The position numbers were made by a program, and so were the translations under genes. Shown one piece after another: positions 1 through 10,105 of a stretch of 64,000 nt of DNA. The notes under the pieces are model-generated. The model saw only the letters and a program-made list of their open reading frames with translations, had not been told where the DNA came from and searched no databases. Origin of the DNA: Lama guanicoe (taxonomy: Eukaryota); contig MU053758.1 of assembly GCA_013239625.1 (NCBI GenBank), forward strand, positions 806,001-870,000. The letters are read 5' to 3'. Within the stretch, counting starts at the first letter, position 1; each line of letters opens with the position of its first letter.

Positions 1-578
1 GGTTGCATAGGCTGTAAACTAGAATTATAAAGAGGGAACTTCCTTAAGATTGCAGAACAAGTAGTGATTTAAACTGGAATAGTCCAGGTTCTCTCTAATT
101 TTACTTCCCTTATTTTTCAGAGAAGGAAAGAATATTGACTTTGCTGTATTATATTATGTATAAAAGTTTAACCTTTTATGTAATTTATTCTCTTTCATTT
201 GGAAATAGAGGCATTCAGGGTAAAAGTTGTAATTAATGGAGACACAGTATATATAAGTTTTATATATTTATTTAGCTATGTTTTCATTTTAAGTGTGATG
301 GAGAAATTTCCCTCTGGTAGCAAGAGGTCTCCTCACTCTAAGCTAACCAACAGATTCTAAGTTCTAATTAGTTGAATGGAAAATTTCCCATCAAGATAGG
401 TTGGTTCTTGAGTATATTTATATGTTTCTCTTATGTTAATGGATAGTGGCCATATCCATCAAGTAAAAGACATATCTTTTTGGTATATCTGGTATATTTG
501 AATAACAGAAGGAATCTACAAAGACCTTTATAAAGGTATCAAAAATATGACCTTCTTTTCTTTCCTTTGGGCCCTCAG

Positions 579-695
579 GAGGAGACCACGCTGAAAATTA
601 CTTTGGACAGGACAGCTCTGATGATAATCACAGTGGACCTCATGGCCCGTCTCTCACATCAGATGCACCTTTTTTGTCAGATTATCAGGATGATG
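579..695 (+). CDS. SKAP1: SKAP1 (Src kinase-associated phosphoprotein 1 / SKAP55) internal coding exon (exon 4 by human numbering), phase 1-1, 117 nt
   Basis: Polypyrimidine tract + CAG acceptor (551-578), donor G|GTGAGT (696-701). Translation [38 protein letters not shown] matches human SKAP1 [33 protein letters not shown] recalled from memory. Both splice phases match. Confidence 0.95.
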
Positions 696-2555
696 GTGAG
701 TGTCATCTTCCTGGCTTTAGGGTGACCATACTTTGTACTTTTGTCCTGGTGTCTTTGCCTTTGGTCATATTGAATCAAGCAGCCTTCACAGGGTTCTCTG
801 TATTGGTAATCATTAGTTTGCAAAGAGCAACTATTTGTTTCATTGTGGTGCTGATCCTTCTAGGTAATTCAGTACTTCTAAAGTTAATGTATTTACGGAA
901 ACACTAATTCCATATTGGAGCAGGAAGACATCATTATTGACCTTTTTGTAAGAACTGTAGCTGAAAAGCTAAGAGGGCATTTTAAGATTGCAGGGCCCAG
1001 CTTACCAGTCTTTCAGATTTCTTAGCTTCACTGAGTTTCGTGAGAATTAGAGCTTTCATTTAATGATTATTGAATTATTGCTTTATTGTGGATTATTTGA
1101 GACCCTTGAGCTTATCATATTATAATAAGATATCATTTTTACCCATGCTTTCACATGCTCTTAACCATATTGGTGTTGTTCAAGGGGAAGGGGAAGCCAC
1201 AAGAACCACAATGCAAATCTTCCTGGAGCATCTATTTTATTTGAGTTTGAGAATGAGAGGAGTTAAATAATTCAACTGTTATGAACATTATTTTTATATT
1301 AAAAACACATTGATATGTAATGCAAAATATATATGAATTTTTAAGATACAAAGATACATGAATATAAAAATATTGGCCTTGTGGCTGCCAGTTTCTGGCT
1401 CAGGCTCAGACATCCCGGGAGTGGGGTTTCACTGTGTCTTTTCTGGCATCTGGCCACTTGAACAGAAGGTTTGATCATCACTGATGCACATGGTTATCTT
1501 ATCAAAGTCTCTCTTGTGCCTCTACAGTGGGGGAAAAAGGTAGAGATGCTACTAAACTGAATATTAAATTGGAAGCATATTATTCACTTAGGGATTGGGA
1601 GTAAAGTTGGTAAATTACTCTTTATTTTTCATTATTAGTCTGTGATCTTTCTATTTATTTTTCTTCCAAATTTCCCTCCAACTTTGGCATTTTCCAAGCA
1701 TTTGTAATCCCTATATCCTCTTCTGTTTTTAATTTATCCATTAATTCTTACTTCATTTAGCCCTTTTGGTGATTCATATTTTCTCCCTTTCATTGAATAC
1801 ATAACCACCGAATGAGAGCTGTAGATTCAGTCACACAGAAACGGTTATTTTTGCTTGAGCTTTGTATACTACCACGATTAATAACACCCAAGGTTTAGAA
1901 TTGAGCCTCGTAGTGAGATCTGTTTATTGGTTCAGGTATTACACCAAAAACATTGTTTGGATTGAAAGTTTAATAATTACCTTGGTAGCTGATTAATAAT
2001 TATAGAAAATTAACAGTGCAAAGCATTAAAAAAAAAACCAACCTTTCATTTGTTTTTGATCAATCTAATGCTTGACAGCATTAGAACAATAGTACTTCAT
2101 TAATCCATAGGTCACTTATTTGGTATTTGATATTTCCAGCTTCTCCAAACACGGCTGAGAACACAATAAGTAAACCAGAAGACTTCTAAATGGAAATAGA
2201 TGTTTCTGAGTCCCAGATTAACATTTATGTACCTTATTCTTGGGAAAGCCCCTGAGGCCCTCACTGGGGATTCCTCTTCTTACAAATGTCTAGCCATTAC
2301 AATGTTTTGATTTCTCAGCCCACAGTAAAGCATCCAATTAGAGGGAAAAGTACCATAAAGTCATTAATTAACAAATAACATTGAGGAAAGAAACAGGAAA
2401 ATAATTTAAAATCTATACAAAAACGAAATATATAAATAAAACAAAATTTATATACAAACTAAAAGAAGTAGCAGTCTGGGACCATATTGAACTGTGGAGA
2501 GAAATGGAACAAACTCTCCTCAAAGAGCTCAGTACCTTAATACAGTGAAACTTTT

Positions 2556-2802
2556 TGGCTATCATTTTTTGAGCTCTTACTATAATGCCTTGCATTTGTA
2601 TTCTAAGCACTTTGCATGTATCACCATATAATCCTCAGAACAGCCCTAAGAGGTGGATAGTAGGATTATCCTCAATTTACAGATAAGGAAACTGAGACTC
2701 AGGGAAGTTAACTTATCTAAGACCACACAGCTAAGTAGTATTACCAGGATTTACGCCTACACAGTCTGGTTCTAGAACCTCTGCTTTTAACCATTCTGCT
2801 AT
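2556..2802 (-). mobile_element. MIR SINE
   Basis: Reverse-complement MIR core: 'tttacagataaggaaactgagactcagggaagttaacttatctaagaccacacagctaagt...ctgcttttaaccattctgctat'. Confidence 0.85.
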
Positions 2803-3399
2803 CCTTAAAGCACTATCGTTATGTGAGTTATCAAAAAAGATGGATTCATATTCCAGATATTTTGGTTAAGACTATACAGATACATATAGTAGGTTTTAAA
2901 ATATTATCATTAAAATGGTTGAAATTAAAGGAAATAGCTTTGAAAGAAGTAAACCTATTACCTGGAAAATTCCAAAGTGGAAGCTTTGTTCCATTATAGT
3001 TCCCCACAAGAGGGGAATTAACTGTGTTAGTAATAATATATTTTACTTAATAGATTTTTATTTTCAGTTCTGTGCATAAAGGTTAAAAAAAATTCCCAAA
3101 ATCACACTGTCAATGGCAGAGGTAGGAATAGACTTGTTTATGTGTTAAAATTTTGATTGTAGGATGATGAGATAATGTTTACATATGAGTTTCTGCAAAG
3201 CATTGACCCTAACACAGTACCTGAATGCCTGATGCATAATGGGCACAATAAATGTTTGTTTCATTCCCCTGAAAAATAAAGATATATATATTTCCTGTGA
3301 AATTAAAGAGAAGCTTATGAAGATGTTAAAATTTTAAGTAAACTTTACATCCTACCTAACTAGATTGCACCATTATAGAGAACAGTAACACTTGATATG

Positions 3400-3545
3400 C
3401 TATTTATCCATTATTTTAGCAAGTACTTATTTAGATATTATAAGGTAATAGCAAGGGACTGTGCTGAGCTGTAAGTGAAATAGGCAGTAAAAAGTCGAAC
3501 ATAGTCGCTGTCCTCACAGAACTGACCGTCTCATTGGGAAAACAC
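3400..3545 (-). mobile_element. L2 LINE 3' end fragment
   Basis: 'gggactgtgctgagctg...aggcagtaaaaag...gtcgctgtcctcacagaactgaccgtctcattggga' resembles an antisense L2 tail. Confidence 0.55.
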
Positions 3546-5174
3546 ACTATTAGTAAGTTGACAAATGGACAAATATAAAGTCAGTGTCTTCATTTGCTGG
3601 TAAGAGAGCTAAAGTGACCCTTTAGGAATAAAAGTTATTCTTTAACTTTCTTTGTAGTGACATTATTTTAGACTTCTGGAATTTTTATCCTTATTAGAAA
3701 AATGAAAGATCATTGTTAAAATATTTCAGCTTTGTTGCCTTCCGCCTCCAGCCAGAGCAGTGTCCTAAATGTACAGTAATGAAAGGACACACAGTCTGAC
3801 CCATTCGCCCATAACTTCAGTGATGAGAAGCAATAACCATAGTGCATGTCGTGTATGGGTCGTGCTTTTGTGGAAACTACAAAGAGATCTAGAAGAATAT
3901 AGAAATCTAGCCAGGTGCAAAAAATGAAAACCAAGGTTACAGGCTAAACCATGCATAAAAATGAGAGCATGTTGCTACCTAGTCACAATCCCTTCTCCTT
4001 TTCCTTTGTAAATGCCCTCAGTCTGGGACTGTCAGGCTGTACAGCCTATTGAGAGACACCCACAAACATGAGCATAACTCTACCATCAGAAGTGAAAACT
4101 TGCTAACAAGTGATAACACTTAGATTTCTAGACCTAGAAATAGTTTCTACCATATTGAAGGAAAAAAATTAGTATGAAACACTAACTACAATAGCTATAC
4201 AAAAAAATAGCCAATTATGTATGATCTGATTACTTTCATCATCTAAAATATACAATGGATTTTAACGTGTCTATAAATTTATTTCATTAGTATAATGAAG
4301 AACCTCCCATGTACATACATTTTTTAAAGATGGGTTAGGGAAAGTGATTGTTCTAGAGAAGGGTATAGTGACTCCTTCTGGAAGAAAAAGAAAAAATAAA
4401 ATCATTTTATAAGAGGAAGAAACCTAAAATCTGTAATAATGGATTATGTATAATATATTTTACTGCATTCTAATTAAAGAAAAGGGAATGAATGGTGCTG
4501 GGCAGATATATCTAAGAAGTGAGAATGTTTTTAGAACTTATTTTTACATCAGAATATTAAAGGCTAGAAAACGTTCTTATTCTCCAGCAAAATGAAAAAT
4601 AGAATTGGAAAAGTAAAGACCTATAACCATCATTGGAGAAGAGTAAAAATGAATAAGTGCTATTGCCTGTTATTGATCAGTTTATTATATGCTACTTGAT
4701 TTAAAAGAAATTGCAGACCTGTTAATGTACCAATAGTGGCCATTTTCAACTCCATGCCTTTTCTGAAAAGTACATTAAAAAACATATAGAATATTTTGAA
4801 AATAAACAGAATCAGTTTTTTTATGGCTTTATTTTTAGCACTTTTTTTTTTTACATTTATCTGCTTTCAATTTGGTTCTGAAATAGAATTCAGTTTTTGG
4901 ATTTAATATTATGAATAACAATAGACAAGCTTTTGTTAATCACTGTTTGTTTTATTTCTATACCAATAATAATAGGAAGAAGGTATTATTTTTGTATCTT
5001 CCCTAGTGGAAAGGAAGAATATATTTTAAATAAAACTTTTATTATTGTGAAATTAAAATGAAGGTCTAATACATTGATCAGATTTTTGTGGCTGGAATTC
5101 ATGCATATCTTAAATTTCTTTGTATCAAAGTTAGAATCTGGAATCTGGGAGTTGGAAAGGATGATGGTCATCTA

Positions 5175-5395
5175 GTAACAGGAGCATTTTATTGAGCACT
5201 TTCTATGCCATACTAAGTGCTTTTCATGGATTATCTCACTTAATTCTCAGACTAGCTCAGAGAGGAAGGAACTGTTGTCCTCATTTTACAGATAAAGAAA
5301 TTAAATGACTTGGCCAAAGATGACATACCTAATCTATGGGAGGTGAGGGTTGGGTGTAGGATTCTAATAGATTCCAAACCTGCTTTTTGAAGAGC
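5175..5395 (-). mobile_element. MIR SINE
   Basis: 'ttattgagcactttctatgcca...cctcattttacagataaagaaattaaatgacttggccaaagatgacat'. Confidence 0.75.
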
Positions 5396-5534
5396 TCTGA
5401 TTAGCTGGGTGTTTCTCCTCTGAAATTATCACTCTTACGGGCTTTACACATCATTCTCTTACTGCTTTTATTTCACTGACTATAATATTTATTTAAAAAA
5501 TAAATATATTCAAAGCTAAAAATTATCCTGTAAA

Positions 5535-6035
5535 AACTACTTTACCTGCATCGTACAAAATTTGGTATGTACCATTTTCATTATAATTCATAATTTCATT
5601 CTAAGTGTTTTGTAATTTCTCTTATATCTTTTTTAACCTATGTGTTATCAAGAAGCATTTTTGTGTGTTTTTTCCTGGTTTTTTGTTTTGATTTGTTTTG
5701 TTTTAGTTTCTAGGGATTTTTAAATCTGCTTTTAAATTTTGACTTCTAATTTTATTATATAATAGTCTAAGAACATAATCAATATTATACTGAGATTTCT
5801 TTTGTGGCCTAGTGATCAGTTTATTCTTATGTGCTATGTGTATTCCTGAAGTGTTTATTGAATACACTCTTACTATTTCTATACTTGTAAATAGTATTCT
5901 TTAAATCTTTTGTATCCTAGATTTTTTTTTTATCTGCCGAAAGGCTTATGATAAAATCTCCAATTAGAACTGTAGATTTATCCATTTTTCCCTGTTTTGT
6001 CGTACATTTTCAAGGTCATGTTTTAGATACTTGTA
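5535..6035 (-). mobile_element. Old L1M internal (ORF2 5' region) fragment
   Basis: 'caaaatttggtatgtaccattttcatt...tgacttctaattttatt...gagatttcttttgtggcctagt...aaaatctccaatta...gtagatttatccatttttcc' is typical of the antisense L1 endonuclease region. Confidence 0.65.
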
Positions 6036-6039
6036 AAGA

Positions 6040-6225
6040 ACTCTAATTGTTTGAAAAGATTTCTTCTTATTGACATGAAATCCTATCCCTAGAACTTCCA
6101 CTAATTAAGCTAGTTTTGCCGTCTAATCTGCTTATAACACCCCCAATAGACTTTATACTCAATGAGGATTAAAAAACGTTTGTTCACAGGCCAGTCTGAG
6201 ACCCTCATTGCTCTAAGTTTTTATA
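6040..6225 (-). mobile_element. L3/CR1-like LINE fragment
   Basis: 'ctctaattgtttgaaaagatttcttcttattgacatgaaatcctatccctagaacttccactaattaagctagttttgcc' resembles the antisense L3/CR1 3' region. Confidence 0.45.
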
Positions 6226-7439
6226 AGGCCTGATTTTAGTGTATTAATTATATTGTTTCACAGAATAAATAAAACTGCACTTCTTAACAGTATTTACTGA
6301 GGTCTGTGAATTAATGGTGCAGTGATTAGCAGTTAAGTGACCTCTCTGATCAGGTAACTTTTAGGCCGAATACTACTGACAACTTTGGAGGAAAATGTGC
6401 GTGTTTTATGGCTGCTTTACTGGGAATGTTAGAAGCCTATTGCTGGCTCAGTCATTGGTACCCTAGTAGAATGAAAGAGTTAATGGACTAAAAACAGCAA
6501 GCCATTTGCTTCCTTCTCGCTGATAGGGTAGAGCCAATTACTTTCTTCATGTGTATTTTTCTTAAATTACATAAACTAACTATATGAACATATTTAGAGA
6601 TGTTAGTTTCTTTTTATTCTATGATATAAAGATAATGAAAGTGACTCAAGATAGTCCCTCTCCATATATAAACATGTAAATAAACATACATGCATTCAAA
6701 CAATCATTTATCTCATTCTCCTTTTATTCTTCAGACACTTGCTTTTGTCTTTGTTGCTTGCAGGTATGTTTTTCTTTAATAAAGGCACATGACTCCTGTC
6801 AACCCTAACAGAACTTATGTCTGTGTGTTTAGAGTGCACACTGTGGAAGAACGAAAACTGGTTTCCACGTCTGTGTTTTGGTGACCAAAGAACAAATTCC
6901 TATTATAAAACACATACTTTTATGAGCATGGTAGATTTCTGAACAAGTTTCAGTTGGCTTCAGGTGAGTCCATCAGATTTCAGATCACTGGGAGAAATTA
7001 AGGACTCGATGTTGAGTTAACTGTGATAAGGGTAAGTAAGCTGTCACTCAGGATGGCAGTGGCCTCCTTCATGAAGATAAATGTCTTATTAGATCTAAGA
7101 CATCATGTCATTTATATAGGTTGGTATAAATCACAGATGAAGATGACAAACTGGGTTTCAAAGTTGACAGTAATTTATATAACTTAAACAAATGATTACC
7201 AAGGATTATACATGTTTTGTGAAGAATAAAAAAACAATAACAATTATCTGTCTATGAACTACCCATTTTTCATTCTTCAGCCCAGCGTGTTGGGCTCTTG
7301 GTGCGTGTTTAAACTCTCACCTTCCGTCCAGCACCCAGTAAAGTATTCTCACATGTGTTGATGGCTGGATATCTTCCATACTGTTTATTTTACTAGAAAA
7401 ACCTCCTTGCAAATTTAACCCAAGTTTTAACATAAAACC

Positions 7440-7590
7440 ATGGCATTAAGAGACTTGGTAGTCACCTAATCTAATCTCTATTTTACCAAGAGGAAACTAC
7501 ATTTTAAAAAGGCTAAGTACCTAGGTCCTATGGCTAGCAAAACAGAGTCAGAACCGAAACCCAAGGCTACCTCCCTGGGCATGGCCTCCC
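7440..7590 (-). mobile_element. MIR3/MIR fragment
   Basis: 'gagacttggtagtcacctaatctaatctctattttaccaagaggaaact...ggctagcaaaacagagtcagaaccgaaacccaagg'. Confidence 0.5.
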
Positions 7591-9009
7591 CTGACCCCTA
7601 CTCTGCCTCCCCTCACCTGCATAATCTCAGCATGCTTTTCAGTGCAGACCTGAACAACTTTGCAGGAGGCCTGACTGTGGTCTCAAGCTATTTTTCACAA
7701 GTTTCAGTCAAGTCCTTCAGACATGTGTGTCTCTCTGGCTTATGTATGTTCTTATCTTCTTCCCAAAATGATTTGGGAGCTGTGTATTTTGTAGAGAATT
7801 TCAAAGGGCTCCATAAAAGCTAATGATTATAATTGTGAATAACATAAAATAAGTTTCTGAATTGATTTGACATGGAACTAATTAGTTATCTTTTTTTGGC
7901 CTTTTCAACCACATTATAGATTTTAATATACTGCCAATGAAGAGTTAGTTATTGAATACCTATATTGAATGCCCTTATTCAATCATATGTTTAGAGGTTG
8001 TGTGGAGGATACAAAGAGGAATAAGATGTGGTTCTTTTCTGCAGTGAGTAAATAATCTAGTGGAAGAGAGAAGATTAGACACCCCCACAGTGAAGTATAT
8101 GGTATGTAAGTGCTGATTATCAGGGACTGAGTTTTCAGGGAAAAAAAATTGCTTGGATTTGCAGTAGTTTGGAAGAAATTCAATATAATATTTGGCCTGT
8201 GCTGTGGCCAAAGTGTTTTTAGAAGTCTTTTCCAGGCTGAGAGTATGAGCAAAAGTCCATTCTTTGAAATGTCAAACATTTATTGAGCTTCCACTATAAT
8301 TAGTAGTGAAATAACAGTGGCCATTTTTAAGCACAAATAGTTGATTTTTAAGCGAGTGACTTGGCAGATGAAATTTAGCTTTTTCATATTGCCTCAAGTA
8401 TTCTTCATTTCTCTCCAAATTCTGAACTAGGCAATAAGTGTAATGGTAATATGAAAGTTCTAGTATATGATTTTTGAAGTCTTTAGTGTGGTCATTACAG
8501 TGGTGGTATAATGATATGCCACATTTTAGTTGCTAATGTAATATATGTGTCTGAATGATACATAAATCAGTTCCAGGTGAGGAGGGGTTATATATCTTTG
8601 CGTGCTGTTTCTTAGAAAATCTTGTATTCGATGCTTAATTACTTTGTTCTTAGAATCTATAAATATGTTATAATTAAACATAGCATCTGCCTTATAGATA
8701 AACACTGAATCACCTGAGGATTAGCTGCCTTACCTAGGGCACTCATGTCTAAAGTTTAGAGTTCTAGATTCTCAGGTATGATTTTTAACTACCAGACCAT
8801 CCTTCCTCAAGCTCCAAAACTACTGACCATTTTTGTATCTCAAAGTTTAATATTCACTTAAATGTGAAGGAATTTTGTTTAAGCATAAAACTTTCAGGCC
8901 TAGTATATAGACACATACACTTAATTTACATAAGTATAAATTAATATTTATACTTAATATATATGTATGCTTTATATATGTGTCCATAAAGCATACATAT
9001 ATAGTAAGA

Positions 9010-9029
9010 GTGTGTGTGTGTGTGTGTGT
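9010..9029. repeat. (GT)10 microsatellite
   Basis: Read directly. Confidence 0.95.
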
Positions 9030-9739
9030 ATGTCATTTCTTCATGCTTTGGTGATCTTTGTTTTTCTACTAGCCATAAATTCTTTTGCCCTGTCATAGAA
9101 CTCTGACTTTTCAAGTATAAAGTAAATGTTAGTAATGCTGTTTAAAACAATACTGAAGCACCTGTTAATCTAGAATATTATTGTGTACTAGAGAAATATT
9201 GTTGAATTCACAAACTATAATTACGCTTATGCTCTAGACTGCCTTTCTGACTTTAAGCAATTGTCGTTTTTATGTTGGGCCCTAAGTAACTTAAACCCAG
9301 ATACATTAGTCTAGTGAGAAAGAAAGATTATACAAAGTGGTTTCTCTGGCTTGTAAAATTGGGATTTATAGGGGAGTTGATCTTTCATGGAAAGTTTTCA
9401 CTTATAAAAGCCTTTATCCAATTATTTGCAGGTCCATTTCTATAAACTGTTAGGCTATAGCTTATATGGTATGGTATTTTTAATGAAATATTTGCCCCAA
9501 GAGATAAACATTATTGTCGTGGTTAACTTTATAATTATGTTATTTCATAATAGTACTCCAGATTTTGTTTTAATCAAAAAAAATAAGGTTTCTTTTTTTA
9601 ACTTCTTTTTTTTAATTGCTTAAGAAATAAAAAAAAACATAGGGTTAACTGGGATCATGAGCACTCTCTCTACAAATGACCATTATCATCGCTGAAAGAC
9701 ATTTATGAATGTCCAAGAACATAGTTGGGCCTAGAGATT

Positions 9740-10105
9740 GTCACAGCTTAGGGAAAAAAATCACTTGAGTTATCTAATCTAGCCCTTCTAATGAATTCAC
9801 ATCATTCTTACTAATATCTCATTTAATTAATTATCAAATATAGCCATTATGCTCTGTATCCTTCCTTTGCAGGACATCTTTCCCGCCCAACTATTATTAC
9901 TAATTTATTCTTCATGTCTAACCTAAAGTTTTCCTTCCTTAGTTTCAGGTCATTGCTCTTTTCTATACCATCTTCCAAGACTGAATAATTCCCCTAATTC
10001 ATTTATATTGTTACCTTTAGAAGGTATTTAAAGACTGTGAACATTTATCCCCAGAGTCTTCACTTTTGCAAACTGCATAAATTTCAGTTCTCTTAATCCT
10101 TACTT
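9740..10105 (-). mobile_element. L3/CR1 LINE 3' fragment
   Basis: 'ttcttcatgtctaacctaaag...ggtcattgctcttttctatacc...gtatttaaagactgtga...ccccagagtcttcacttttgcaaactgcataaatttcagttctcttaatcctt' follows the antisense CR1/L3 RT-end consensus as recalled. Confidence 0.7.

Noticed and set aside
439..537. Palindromes ATGGATAgTGGCCATATCCAT and ACCTTTATAAAGGT upstream of the exon
   Set aside because: Short and without adequate loops; no evidence of an effect on splicing.
718..760. TAGGGTGACCATA as a hAT-Blackjack/MER81-type terminus (similar at ~22969)
   Set aside because: No convincing matching opposite terminus or body, so not called.
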